In this document: positions 13,667 to 27,700 of the stretch, one piece after another
Layout of the letters: each line of letters begins with the position of its first letter
Position numbering within the stretch: position 1 is the first letter of the stretch
Assembly (NCBI GenBank): GCA_047495785.1
Contig: JBLDXI010000042.1
Span: 4,092,001 to 4,156,000 of the forward strand
Length of the DNA stretch: 64,000 nucleotides
Direction: 5' to 3'
DNA from: Lepidodermella squamata
Lineage: Eukaryota; Animalia; Gastrotricha
Program-made: the position numbers and the translations under genes
The notes under the pieces: generated by a model
The model's input: the letters and a program-made list of their open reading frames with translations, nothing else
Database searches by the model: none
Told to the model about the DNA's origin: nothing

Positions 13667-16009
13667 TTAATTACCACCGTTCCACTTGTACACGCACACG
13701 CGGCATCTGCTGATATGATCCGTAATCTCATCGCCCCAGCTCTTCTTCAAGATCTTGGCGCCAGGACGACGCTTTCCGCACAACTTCTTATCGTTGGCAG
13801 TGGCGACATCAACAGCAGTGGTGCTGGTTGCATTGACAGTTTGGATGGTTAGCCAATAGCTAGGGGAAGAAAATAAGATGCATTTCTTTTTTCAAGTTTG
13901 TTCCCTTAATTACCTGGTCCTGGTGGGGAAGAGTAAGCAGCTGTCACCCGCGGTGCATTCGACGAAAGGATGGGACCTGTAATTTGGAAGACATGATCCA
14001 GGCGATTCAAGATTCTGACCACCGCCCATTGCGCCGGTGGTATGCTGAAAAACCGAAAGCGATATGATTTAGATCTGGAAGAATAGCAAAGTTACCATGA
14101 CAAAGCTGTATCCAGTCCACAGTTCGCTTGAGGTGTATCCAGTTATCTGGAAGCAGTCCGGTAACTTGTTAGTCTGCGAATGGAAGGCGATGACTGGGCC
14201 GTGAGCCTCGCAAACTGCGCAACGACTGACGTAGTTTTCAGACTCGGAGCGAGGGACAACTTGGGTATCAGAGCCGAGAACGCCCGACAGCCAGCTTGAG
14301 GAAGTCGCGCGATTCTTGAAGTGGCAACGGCCATCGCTGCCGCAGAACATGAACGGCATTGGCTCGAACTCGCGAACGCAAGAGCCAGCACCGCCAAGGT
14401 CCTTGACGTGACCACGGCCTTCGTCTTCAGTGTGCAGTAGTGAATAGCCAGTCCAGAGGAGTGTTTCGCCACTTGCACATTTAATGTCGAGATTCGGAAG
14501 CTGGGAGTGGCGAACGTAGATGAACTTCTGAGCGCCATCAACAATAGGACCATCATCACCACGAGGACCCTTGCATCCGACAGGGCATTCGCCAGAGTCA
14601 CCCATCTTACCCTTGAGACCCTTATCGCCCTGGTATCCTTTCGGGCCTCGCTGACCGTTCTGGCCCTTGTCTCCCTTGAGGCCTTTTTCGCCTTTCTCAC
14701 CTGGAGCACCGTTGCGGCCTGGAGCGCCCTTTTCACCCTTTTCGGATCCAGCATAGCCCTTATCACCTCGTTCACCTGCGGCCCCACGGCTACCCGATGA
14801 CCCGTCTTGACCGGGAAGTCCGTCGCGGCCAGGCTCACCAGCGGTACCCTTGATGCCCTTTGTGCCCTTGACACCCTTGTCGCCACGTAAACCCTCTGGC
14901 GTGGCACCCTTATCTCCCTTATCCCCAAGAGATCCAGTTGGTCCCTTCTTGCCGCGAGCACCTTGGTCACCTTTGTCGCCCTTCAAAAATGAACTCGTGT
15001 AAGTCGGATGAATTATTTAGCCGTTATTCTTACCATATCTCCAGCAGGCCCTTCCACATCACTGCCATCAGCGCCAAGTTGGCCCTTTTCGCCTTGGAAA
15101 CCTTTCAGGCCACCGCGGTCGGGGTAGTTATCGCCCACTTCTCCCTCGTCGCCATCATCGCCCTTATCTCCCTCCTCACCGGGTCTTTCCGTGCCGTTCC
15201 AGCCGGGCTCGCCAGTTTCGCCAGCAGTGCCCTTCGGACCTTGAGTACCCGGCTCTCCGTAGTCACCTACGTCGCCGTTTCTGCCTTTCTCGCCCTGGAT
15301 GAAAAAGCATACTGAATTTAGGATAAATGAAAAGGTTCAGGAATTACAGCAACTCCGTAGCAGCCTTTAGCACCCTTCGGCCCAGGCGCACCCGGCCTGC
15401 CCTTCTCGCCCTGAGCTCCAGGAAGACCCGGGTAACCATTATCACCCTTGTCACCAGGCGCGCCGTTCTCAGCATCGGCACCACGGTGACCACGTTCGCC
15501 AGTTGGGCCTTCGTAGCCTTTAGGACCTTGAGGTCCAGGAAGTCCAGCGTAGCCCTTCGGACCTTGGGGTCCATCGTCACCCTGTGAAATGTATTAGGAG
15601 GCTGGCAATATTAGCTCTAGTTTTACCGTTCTGCCAGGGTATCCCTGTGGTCCAGGTTCACCTTGGTCACCTTGATCACCCTTCGGTCCTTGTTGACCAC
15701 GTGCACCCTTGGCACCTTTCGAACCCTGTACTCCGTCGCTAAAAATCACAAAACATTACGAAAAGCCAGGAAATTATGATAATTCACTTACGCGCCACAG
15801 ACACCTTGAGGGCCGGTGCGACCATAGTCACCCCTTTCACCGACATCACCCGCAACGCCCTTCGTACCTTGCTCGCCTCGCCTGAAGCAAAGGCCGTCGC
15901 GTTTCACGCGATCAAGATAGAGATTGACGGGACTCTCGACAGCTGACACAAAATCGCCGGCGATAATAACGGCGCCCAGAACAAAGATGGCGGCACTTGC
16001 GCTGTACAT
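13667..16009 (-). CDS. Short collagen IV-like chain A (signal peptide, Gly-X-Y domain, complete NC1), about 7 exons
   Basis: Gly-X-Y repeats across the exons. NC1 motifs: [51 protein letters not shown]. Stop codon at 13667-13669. Confidence 0.88.
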
Positions 16010-16645
16010 CTTTGTCCGCTCTGTTTAAACACCCTATATATGAATATGTGTACAATATCAGAAGGTTAGCAGCAGTAGCACGGGAAATTTTCAGCTGATT
16101 TTTTTCTATTATTCTGTTCACCGGCGTAGCGCGAGATCGGACGCACGGTTGCATTCGTTACGATGCGAGGTTTTTTCGTCGGAATACAGCTCGAAAACAA
16201 GCAGCGACGGCACCTGATGGAATGCGCGGTGCAACAGCAAGCGGTGGAAAGTGTTTTTTGAATAAAATTAACCCAACCATGCTTGGCTTTCAATTCGTCA
16301 TGCGGCGAAGTCCATCTGAACCCTTGCCCTCGCTAAACGAAACCAGGTTTACACAGGAATTGAATTTAAAAGTGGAAGAATGAATCAGCAAATAAACTGT
16401 TTTGATGATAAAAAAGAAATCGGAAAGTTCAATCGATCACATATTTTTATTTCGTATAATATCTCTCTTAGCAATCGATCATATGGCAGTTTCTGTTGTA
16501 ACACAGGATATTTTGGACAGACTACAATTTCAGAAGGAGCTGACATAAAGGTCAAACGGCGCATTACATTTTGTTTCACAGAAAATACACAGGATAGAGT
16601 TTTTGAACGATTTATTCCTTTCAATTTTTCAGAACCGGCTATTTT

Positions 16646-18832
16646 TTAGCTTTGCTGCTCGTAGCTGCAAACAACACACTGGCTCAGCTTGTCCATGACA
16701 GAGCTCGGGGTCAACAGTGCCGTCTTGTTGCTGTGGGCTTTCGCGGCGAGCCAGTAGCTAAAAAGTCCAAACATAATTAAGATGAAATGTAAAGAGTAAC
16801 AAGCTTACCTAGCGCGGTTTCCGAACAGATGGCAGTTGCCGTCAGCGTTGCATTCAATGTAGGGGTGGCTGCGGAACTCTGGCAAGCATGAACCAGGGGA
16901 TTCGAGCTGTTGGCCACTGCCCATAGCACCGTCAGTGTGCATAATGTGGCTGATGCCGTGCCACAGATAGCGCCAAGACCTCGGGCAGTTCGGCCTCTGG
17001 TTATTCTGCGAGTGGAACGCAATAACCGGGCCCTTGGCAACGCAAACGTGGCACAAGCTGATATACTTGATGACACCCTCTTTGCACAGCATGTCCTTGA
17101 ACTTTTCGGTGATGGGCGCTGCTAGCCAGTAAGACTCAGCGTGGCGAAGGGATTGCAAGCAAACTCCGTCACCGTTGCAAGTCATGAAGGGCATAGGATC
17201 GAAATGCTTAACGCAAGATCCGGCTTTTCCGAGGTCTTGAACGTGAGCCCTACCCTCGTCGGCAGTGTGCATAAGGGAGTACCCGGTATACAACAGATCA
17301 TGACCAGCTGGGCAAGGGCGCCCGTCGGAAGTTGCAGTACTTTCGTGGCGTTGCAGATGTCTGGCGTAAATGGTAAGAACATCACTGTTCCTCGCGGCAC
17401 CCGGGGCTCCTTTGTCGCCACGTTCGCAGGCACCCTGCTTGAATAAACCCGATTCACCCTGGTCACCCAACTCGCCATTATTGCCTTTCTCGCCCTTTTC
17501 ACCCGTGTTTCCCTTATCACCAAGATCACCAGCAGGCCCCTGGCGACCTTCGATTCCCTTATCACCCTTGACACCCTTCTCTCCAGGAGGGCCAGGGGTA
17601 TACAGCGTGTCGTCATCGGCAGAATCGCCCTCTAGGCCAGGGAAACCCTTCTCGCCTCGGTTACCTTTCAGGCCACGAGCACCAGGGCGACCAGTTTGCC
17701 CCTTGTCGCCTTGGTCACCCGGATCACCGCGATCGCCTCGCTCGCCGTCCTCGCCAACAGTTACCCCACCGTTCTCACCCGGGGCGCCTGCCTGACCTGC
17801 ATCACCCTTGAATCCCTTCTCCCCCTTGTCACCTTGTATTCCCTCATTTCCTGGATAACCTGGTCGCGAAACACCAGGCTGACCTTTAACACCGGCCTCG
17901 CCCTTGTCACCCTGCGCGAAATCAAATTCTTAATTGAAAATATGAGCAATAACTTAAAATCAAACCTCTTCACCGAAATAGAGAGCTGTTCCATTGCGAC
18001 CTGATCTGCCTTGCTCGCCCTGTAATATATTTCAGCCATTATGTCGTCATTTTCCACTTCCACTTTCGACTTACCTTGACGCCAGGCAAACCGCGGCTTC
18101 CTGTCACAGGTTGACCCTTCGGGCCGCGAAGTCCTTTGTCGCCCCTATCACCCCGAGCTCCTTCGGAACCAGCAGGGCCTCTTAGACCAGGAGTACCGTA
18201 GTCACCCTAATTTGGTATAACGAAGAGATAATGCGGAGATACGTCAAATTTTTCAAAGTTTACCGTGATTCCCTTGCAGCCACGATCACCTGATGCTCCA
18301 GGTTTGCCCTTTTCACCCCTTTGACCTTGCGGACCGGGAGCGCCATCCAAACCGTCGATGCCAGCGCACCCTGGATGTCCCTTAGCTCCGTCACTGCCCG
18401 GCTCTCCTGGATAACCAGGCTGGCCCTTATCACCTCTTGTACCCTGAACAGAATTTTTTCAAGGAATATAGCGGTAGAATTATAAGGCCTTACAGGTGAT
18501 CCAGGAGCTCCGTAGTCACCCCTATCACCTTTCAGACCAGTGCGGCCAGGGGATCCAGGTACACCTGGCTCGCCATAACCAGCGTTGCCCTTATCACCAG
18601 ATTCGCCTCGTCGACCAGGTTCTCCAGGGTCACCAGCGACGCCATCGGCAGCATCACGGCCTTGAAAACCCTTCACGCCCCGCTGGCCACGGTCACCCTT
18701 CTCGCCCCGATCACCCGTCACACCACATTCGCCGGGCGCTCCGCCACAGTCGCAATCCTGAGCTTGTGCGAATGAACCGGCAAAGAGCGCCAGCGCCAGG
18801 ATGCCGGCCTTAAGCAACCGACAAGACACCAT
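16646..18832 (-). CDS. Short collagen IV-like chain B
   Basis: Signal peptide [27 protein letters not shown] motif, Gly-X-Y repeats, and NC1 ([21 protein letters not shown]; [23 protein letters not shown]; LSQCVVC). Confidence 0.88.
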
Positions 18833-19489
18833 ATCTAAATCAGTCCGATAAAAAAAACAGCAACGGTGAGATTCGTAACCTAGCGATAATAGCGTTAGGG
18901 CTGGTGGAAAAAATAGGAGAAAAAATTAATTAGCTTGTAACGCTGGATAACACGGGATTCGGTATGGACGAGCTCGCCTACAGTTTCAGTGAGAGCTGGG
19001 TATGTGCTCATCAAAACAACGCTACGCGCCGGCGAAAAAATTGACTCGCCCGGTATAACATCGTAATTAAATGCACGAGAAACTTGCAATGTTAAAACGA
19101 GCGTTTTTTTCTCATCACCCTACAATTAGGTCCGGACTAAAGGCCACCAGGATTTAAAAGCGATGAATCATTATTTTCATCTGATGAACATGATTGCCCG
19201 TAACTTGTTAAAGCCAATGATCGATATACTTGTATGACCAAAAAATCTCAAAGATTTTAACTTTTCGAGTTTTCGTTTTATTATCGACATTTTCGGGTTA
19301 TTGATTTTTTATCATTTGTGATGGCAGTATTATCATTATTCACGTCTAACATTCACGGGTCATCATCAGATGAGCTATATTTCGAATAAAAGCACAGGAC
19401 GGGTGTTGCAATATCGGAGACAAAATATAATCAGTACACAGGTTTCAACAACAACTTGAATTCACTCGACATAGATTTAAAGGCAGTTT

Positions 19490-22025
19490 TTAACGACGCT
19501 TCTCAAGCAGCGGGTTGCGGCGTTCGAAATCGTGCTCACCGTCGATAGGTTCGATCAGCTTGTCGTTCGAGCAGACAATGCAACGGCTAACGTGACCGAG
19601 CACGTCGGCGGCATTCTTGATCATACTCGTTGTCTGTTCCGGACCAGTAGCCATCAACCAGTAACTGAAAAGCAATATGAAAGTCAGAACGCGCAAAAAG
19701 GAGACATCAACCGATCACTTACCTCATCTTATCAGAGAAGAAGAAGCAAGTTTGGTCAGCGTTGCATTCCAGGAAGGGATGGGCGTGGAACTTGGGCAGG
19801 CACGAACCTGGCGATTCCAGGCGTTGGCCACCAGCAGCTCGTCCAACGGAGTGCTGAAAAGAGAACAAGTTAAGCATTTTCTGAAGTTCAGTGACAAAAA
19901 TACCATGACGTAGCTGTAGCCAGACCACAAAGGAGTCCAGTTCTTAGGGCACTCAGGTGAGCGGTTCTTTTGGCTGTGGAACGCAAGCACAGGGCCTCGA
20001 GCCATGCAAACTGAGCAACGGCTGATGAAAGGCTTGATTGCATCTCCCCTAAGCAGCTGTTCCGGCCGCTTGTCAGCATCTTCGAACGACGCCGAAAGCC
20101 AATACGATTGAGCGGGCTGGTGGCCAGCTGAGGTAAGCTCTTCGTCCGTATCAAAGGCCTTGAGGAAGGGAGTCGGCGTGAAGCTGCGAATGCATGAGCC
20201 GGCTGCGCCAAGATCCTGAACGTTGCTGCGGCCACCGTCTTCAGTATGAAGAAGGGAGTAGCCGTTCCACAAGAATTTGTGGTAGCTCAAGCAGCCGCGA
20301 TGCTGCGACAGCTCCTTCGGAATCATTGAGTCTTGGAAGTGACGAGCGTAGATTTGGCCACCCTGAATGAAGGGCGAGTCGCCCTTTTCACCCTTAGGAC
20401 CATCATCGCAATCGGCGCCTCCCTTGGTGCCTTTCGGGCCCTGAAGACCTGCGTCACCTCGGGTACCACGCTCTCCCCTTTCGCCATCATCTCCGACGTC
20501 ACCGCGCGGTCCGGTGACGCCCCTGTCACCCGGCAAACCATCGTCGCCCTGTTCACCCTTCGGGCCATAGTTGATCCGGCTACGACCGCGTTTGCCCTTT
20601 TCACCATTTTCACCATCATCACCCTTTTCGCCAAGCTCGCCCTTGGAACCCGCATCACCCTTGTCACCCTCGGCACCTCTGTAACCGGTTTGGCCGGCAA
20701 TACCGGGTTCGCCCTTGCGTGAAATTCCAGGGCGACCAGCTGTTCCCTTGGGGCCTTGCTCGCCAATATCGCCAGCTGCACCAGGGTTGCCAACTGGGCC
20801 TTTATGACCCTTCGGACCAGGAATGGCTACGCCGTTGTCACCCTTAGCACCCTTATCACCTCGGACACCCTTGGGGCCGCGGAAGGCTTCGGCGCCATTG
20901 AAACCTTTCTCTCCCTTATCACCCCTCTCACCCTTGTCTCCCTTATCGCCAGAGATACTGTCACCACGCTCGCCCTTATCTCCTTGGTCACCCGGTACTC
21001 CACGGAGACCAGGTGCTCCTGGATATCCTTTTTCGCCCTTCTGGCCATCAGTGCCCTGAAATACATGCATATTATGTTGGTTTCAAGTGCAGCAGATATA
21101 AATACTCACTCGGTCTCCATGGTCACCGCGGCGGCCGGGGAATCCCGGGTCACCAACAGCACCATCGATGCCAGGCTCGCCTCTTCTACCATTCTGACCA
21201 TCACGACCGCGAACACCCTTTTCACCTTTAGCGCCTCGCTGACCGTCAGCACCAGGTAAGCCGCGGAGGCCTTGGTCTCCATCAGGGCCCTGGGGTCCTT
21301 CGCTTCCGGGTTCACCGTTTTCACCATGCTCACCGGAGGGGCCCTGAAATTAAACCTTAGCAAAATGAAATTCGCGATAAAATTCTTACCGGAAGACCAG
21401 GCAAACCATCAGGACCACGCAGCGTGTCGCCTTTCTCGCCCTTCTCTCCACGCTGACCCTGGTCACCATCGGGACCTGGTCTACCAACGGAGCCATCGCT
21501 GTAAAATGTCTTAGTTCAGTAAGTGATGCGCTTAATTTTTTCGTTACAAACCTGCCATCGCGACCAGCATAACCGCGTTCTCCATCGTCTCCAGTCGGGC
21601 CCTTTTCACCTGGAGCACCCTTGGCACCTGGTACACCCTTGCATTGACAGTTACGACGGGCGTCGATCATGTTGCACTCTGCGCTATTTGCCGACGAAGA
21701 AACTTCTTCTCCCTGAAAAGGACGCGGTGTTGAGGGAATTCTGCTGAGAATATAGGAAAGTTACCGGCAGAACGAAGGCGACAGACGAATCTCCAGCGCG
21801 GGGTCGAGCCTGAATGCGGCGAACGCGATTGGTCGTGACGCGACGACGAGGAGGTTTCGGGGCGGCTTGGGCGTCAGCAGTGCTGGCTGGAGCAGCGCCG
21901 CCTTGAAGTGCCTGGTCTTCCTGAGGTCCGCTTCCGAAAACCGTGATATCATAGCCGAACATTTTGAAAGCTTCGACGGCGCTTGCCGCCAACAGGACGG
22001 GCAGCAACAACTTGACCAATAACAT
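19490..22025 (-). CDS. Short collagen IV-like chain C
   Basis: Signal peptide MLLVKLLLPVLLAASAVEA, NCQCKGVPG motif, Gly-X-Y repeats, and NC1 (QDLGAAGSCIRSF; [23 protein letters not shown]; VSRCIVC). Confidence 0.88.
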
Positions 22026-24173
22026 CTTCTAAAAGGTGTCTACAATAACTGAAGAACAGGCCTGATCTCAAATAAAAACAAACAGGGTAGCATTGGAGTT
22101 GAAATTATTCATTGGTATTTTTTCTATTATTATGATGAGATGGTATTATCTTCTGCGTGTTTTTCCAATTGTTCCGGAATTTCAGCCGGTCACGATGCTT
22201 GAATCAAGCAACGGTGCAGTTGTTAATTTTCACGGCTAGGCAACACGGGGCGATGGACAATTTGCACTGTTCAGCTACGTGAATAAATTATTGTTGGACG
22301 CGGAAAAAAATGGGTTGCTTTGTTCGCTGTATCTTGTTTCGAATGAAAACACGCGCTACCGTTGCTGCTGCTATAGGCTTGACACGTCGGTTGTTATTGC
22401 AATGCTTCGAAAGAAAGACGGCAAACTTGAAACGGCAATAATAAAATCCACTTTCCTTTGAGCTGAAACGTGAACTTCTAAGATCATCTACGGCTTGAAA
22501 TTGCCAAGAATTTAGTCACCTCGTGCCGGTTCAATTTATCTCAGTCAGCAATTCGGTTATTTAGAGCAAGCTTTTTTTCTCGTGAAACTGCCCGTAACAA
22601 GTAACCTGTGAAGTGCAACAATGGCCTAACAAAACGATGTTTTAATGCAAATAAATAGGACGAATCGTTTATTTTTGCCATGAATAGCAGCGAATGCTAA
22701 CGAATGTAAAAAATAATAAAACACAATCAGAAAATTAAAAAAAAAATTAAAAAATCAGATAATAAACAGATACCATATCCATGTGGTGATTCACAATAAT
22801 ATTTAAGTAAAGAAAACTACATTTATGAGTATTCTTTGTCACGCATGATGCCTCGGGAGTATTTTTTCTAACTCCCACAATATATTAACAATGTTTTCCT
22901 TCAGGGTCTGCATTAGCTGGAAATAATTTATTCAAATAATGTTGCCTTGAATGTTCAACAAGGAAATGAAGGAAATACCTTTAGGTACAATTCTTACTAC
23001 TTCACTTTCGCAGAAACACCTCACATGTCTTGGGATACACTAATTTTCGATAGGAGCTTTCTCAATACCAAACCCGATTAATATCAACAAGAAGAATTGA
23101 TGCAGCAGTGCTACTAAACAGCGCTAGTGCGTCATTTGAAACATGGATGCAATGGCTGCCGTAGGTGAAATCAAAGGGCAGGTGTAAGCCTCGACAACCC
23201 ATGTATTCAGGTCAATGATTCTAAGTATTTTTCACCAACAGCCACGACATGCCGACCTAATGCTGCTGCGGAACTAATTCGGTAGTCGACACCAAGCGTC
23301 CGGATGAAAATCGAATCTTCGCTTGATATTCGGATGAGGATAAAAATGCAATAACGCTGTGTTGTTCGCAAATATGTACCATGCAAATAGAAATAGGGTC
23401 TGAAATTCGACGCACAACGAAATTTTCGAAGATGGACGAGTAATCATTCGTCAAATAGTTCGGAAATTTCATGAAATTGTTCGGAATGTGAAGGAGAAAG
23501 AGAAATCGAATCCCGTAGATTTTTAATTTGGTGATTTTCGATATAAATCGCAATTTCGCCTTTATGAACATATAACTGACGCTGATGCCAGAATAACACT
23601 CGGAAATTCAAACTGAGTCTGCAAAAAAGTCTGCACAAATTTTGCATTTTTTGGTTTTTCGGTTCCAAACGCTGCATTTATTAAGTAGTTTTCTGTATTA
23701 ATTTCGCATCGGAGAAAATATTTTTTCAAAATGATTAATTCTGGGCCATAATTATATTTGACCTTCACATATGCCGCTAAAAAATCTCTGACCGCGATAC
23801 GGCGCGCTGCGACGGTGATGGAAGCGTGGCGCTCGCACGATTCTGCTTCAGCCTCTTGTCATCTTCGTTCAGTCCGATCGATTGATTTAGTTTCGATTAT
23901 TTATATTTTGTGAAGTGCACCATTTTCTTGATACTCCAGTCGTGTTTGACAACAGTGTTTCCTCTGTCAGCTTTAAAGGTAAGACGTTGTTTATTGTTGA
24001 ATCACCTTTCGCAAATCAGCACTCTGTTCCCAACTCAACCTTAGTTGGGCTCAATTTTTTCAATTTGCTACATAAATTACTGATCGAAGCTTTTAGAAAT
24101 CATCACTTAATATGATTTTTGCGTTTTAATTGGTTACATTTTATTTTTCAGGTTTTCAATCGCACCATTCATC

Positions 24174-24728
24174 ATGCTTACAGCCGAATCCTTTGCCGCT
24201 GAATGCATCAATTTTCTGACAATTTCGTGCGATTACGGCATGGATTGGGAACAAGTGAACAGTGGCACTTCTAATGTATTTACTGCTGACGCTGTTCTAC
24301 GAAATGAGGTCTTCCTGAGAAGAAAGGAGAAAGTGGCTTCAGTCTCAGATCATAGAGATTTGCTCAATGTCGAACATCACGTCTGTTTTAGCACTTCTTA
24401 CAACTGCCCAGTTATTTATATGAATGTATCGCGATGTAATGGATCTCGTTTGACTATCGAGGAGATTATTAGTGAGCTTTCACCCTCTATGGTGTGCGTT
24501 GAAATGTTACCACCATCTTCGTTCAGCCAAGCTGAACATCCTGCCATCGGTTCTCCCTTTTACTTCTTACACCCTTGCACAACTTCAGAGCTTATGCAAA
24601 AGTTAACCGATAGGCCCAAAAATGTCAACCAAATTGCTGCTTGGCTATCGGTTGTGCAAAGATATGTGTTCTTGAAGCTTTCTCTTCTCGATTACTTCAA
24701 ATCTTTAGAATCCAAAGCTGATGTTTAA
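24174..24728 (+). CDS. ATG10: Ubiquitin-like-conjugating enzyme ATG10
   Basis: EHHVCFSTSYNCPVIY and SQAEHPAIGSPFYFLHPCTT motifs, including the catalytic HPC cysteine. A probable 5'-UTR intron lies at ~23979-24151. Confidence 0.9.
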   Translation: MLTAESFAAECINFLTISCDYGMDWEQVNSGTSNVFTADAVLRNEVFLRRKEKVASVSDHRDLLNVEHHVCFSTSYNCPVIYMNVSRCNGSRLTIEEIISELSPSMVCVEMLPPSSFSQAEHPAIGSPFYFLHPCTTSELMQKLTDRPKNVNQIAAWLSVVQRYVFLKLSLLDYFKSLESKADV

Positions 24729-24760
24729 TTTTTCGGTTATTTACGGTTTAGCTTGTTAAA

Positions 24761-27700
24761 ATGGATGAGCAAGCTGCATTTAATCACACTGTTAGCACTC
24801 TAATTGACGCTTGGAATGACCCTCAAACGAGACTTAATTTTCCTAGTGCAACAAGTGCTTTGCTGGATTGGTTTCTGAGCTATGCACGTTCGCCAATTCT
24901 GGCCATTGTTGACCTTGTCGAGCATTTGATGTTCGCCCATCTATCTCGGCCGCTGAATGAACCAGAGCTGCTCTGCAAAGCTGTACTATACTTGTTTCGT
25001 CAGTGGCTCTCAAGCCGACCCGAAGTCCTTAACGGCTCTTTGAAACTTGAGCCCGAGCTTCAGGTTCGGACCATGCGCGTATTTGGCAGGTAACTTTATT
25101 TGAGGCGTAACATTTTTGGTAATACAATTTACGTAATAGATTGATTCCCGAGTTAATTCCTGAAATGAGAGCTCTCTTTCCGAGCCAGATCGCGACACCA
25201 GAAATGAATGAGGTGGTTGCCGAAACCATAAAAAATCATTTGCCGATTAACAACGAGGCAGCCCTGTCTATTATTATGGGATGCCCCTGTGCTATAACGA
25301 AAATTGATCCTGAAAACATTCAACAGATCGTAATCTTTGCAATGAGCACCGGAAGATTTCAAATAGGAGATCAAATTTTGATGGAATGCCCGCAGGCTCT
25401 TGCATACCCGATTCTCAAAGCTCTGGACTCGTTGCTAGCTTGTCCTACTCCAGACACATTTATTGCTGAGATTTCTAAAATCTGCCAGACTAGCTTTTCA
25501 AGGGTTGATTTAACACACGCGACTGTGGAGCAAGTTATCACAAAAGCCATCAAAAAGCGACAATTATCGAGCACTTCTTGTCCAAAGTTTTTATCCGAAG
25601 TGAAAGCGCGTCTCTTCAAATACTTTCTTCGCAAAACGTTGACATCAGGCAGGCCTGAAATGGATGTTCAAAGCTTTGTTGATGCCATCAAAGATCTGGC
25701 AAGTGGAGATGAGGCGTTTCAGGAGCAAGTCGTCGTCTCGTTAAGAGCTTTAGGCCATTCTGATTTAGCAACGGCATTTTCTACGTATTTTCGCGAGAAA
25801 AACGATTTAGCAAATCATAAAAAACGTCGCAATGGCCAACAAAAAGCAAGTGTCGTTTTACCAGAACGTTTCGCTAACGCAAAACCGCCCAAACCACGGG
25901 GTGATAGTATGTATTCACCGAGTTTGGTTCAGGACGACATTTTACTAGTCGACTCTCCTCACATTTTCGGCTCGTCAATCGACGTGATTCGCCATGTTGA
26001 TCTTATCAGTGTTCGAATGTTTTGGCGCCGGCGTTTTAAACTGATTCATGCTCAAAACACACGCCGCGTGACGTTGATGGTCATCGCAATCCCGCATTCT
26101 GTTTTCATATTTGATCTTGAAAAATTGCTCAAATCGAACGATCGTGTGATTAAAACTGGCTTTGCCGAGCTGGAGAATTTGATGAAATCTGATAAAGTCA
26201 TTAAGCTAGTCTATCTGCCGTGTTCTGATGAACGCGCCATGGTGATGGGGAAAGTTTTCTCCGAATCCTTCAAATACATCACCTCTCGCATAGGAATTCG
26301 TGCGTTATCAAGGAATATCGACCCGTCGCGTCCGCTTTCAGTCCGTTTGTCTTCCGCCGTTCGTACTTGGTTGAATCAATCGTTGCCAACATTTTATCGC
26401 ATGTCAAATTGGACGCAGAGACCGTTGCTACCTGGTCAGCTGAAATTCATGGCTCTCGAGGCTCATGCGCTTTTGGACGTATTTTTCGCAATGAGCGAGT
26501 TTTGCACCAGGAATAATGTAAGTGATGGAAAAAGTTTGTTCACCATTGGGAATAATTGTTCATATTTTCAATTTTAGATGGATTTTGAGGCTGTCAAGAA
26601 TTTAGCTTTAAAAACCGGCTGGGACACCCAATATAGCGAAACTGAATCGGACGATGACGGTGATGATGAGGATGATGCTGTTAATTACGGAGATAATGAC
26701 GATTATCACCAAAACTTTATGGCAAAAGCTTCTTCCTCGAATCAGCAGCCCGAAAAGCAGCAAAAACCCAAGGGCGAGGCCCCGCCCGGTTCAATAACCG
26801 GTCGTTATTTCAACAACAAACCAACAGCAGTAGCCTTGGAGCCTTTCCAAGTCCAATCTGGTCGAAATTCGGGCGAACCATCGGAGAAAAAGCAGAGACG
26901 GTCGAGGTTTGAAGACATATCCCAGCAAGATTTGGCTAACAAAGGCTTATCACTAGCTGCTCCGGCAAAATCTATCAATTATATGGCTCGCAGGTCTGAA
27001 TCGGTCGAATTGCTGAGAAAATCTGTATTATTCATCGTTTCCTACGAATTTACAAATATCGCCCTCGAACTGTGCCGGCTTGAATTCATTGTTCATCTCT
27101 GCTCACCCGATCGATCTACGCCGGAACAAATGCTGGGAATCGGGGCGAATCGAGCCTACAAAAAGGTTGTTATAGGCGGGCAGGAGTTGATTGAAAACAT
27201 GAAAAAACTCAGCCAAAGCTGCTTGATTTCTCAGTTTATTCCGCTGGCAGTTGAAGAAAATCTCAATTTATGGCCGCGGAAAAGTGTTGAGCCAATTTTG
27301 AAAACGACTGGTTTGTCTAGCGATGAAATCGCCTGCCACTATGAGATACGCCGTTTCCCGTTGGAAGGAGCTCCTTTGATCGTTTACCACCCTCGCGATT
27401 GCTTTGCGGCTAAATTACTACGGGGCATGAGGATTGAGACAAAGTTCAATTTTTGTCCAGCGCCGGATTTTCACGGTAAGGCAAGTGACGCTCAACTTGC
27501 GATTTTAGCCGGGGCTGGTTTGGTGAATAATGGCAATCGAGTTTTACTCCTCGCAACGAAAAGTACTGAACAAGTTTTCTCTCGCAGTGACCTTCGAATC
27601 ATTCAAATTCCGAGATTCGAACGGTTTTACTCGCCTGGGGGTTCGAAGAAAAAGGCGCTTGAGACAAAACGTGGCTTAACGCAACAAACAGCCTGGGTTG

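Noticed and set aside
14143-21514. Many overlapping alternative-frame and antisense ORFs over the collagen genes
   Set aside because: Shadow ORFs caused by Gly-X-Y codon periodicity.
22750-23770. Possible minus-strand gene divergent from ATG10
   Set aside because: Splice-like signals exist, but no consistent open frame or recognisable domain could be assembled.
26518-26580. Apparent stop-start junction (TAG-ATG) between ORFs 25141-26577 and 26578-28677, suggesting readthrough or a bicistron
   Set aside because: It is a normal gtaagt...ttttag intron. The paralogue has an intron at the equivalent position (~31393-31438).
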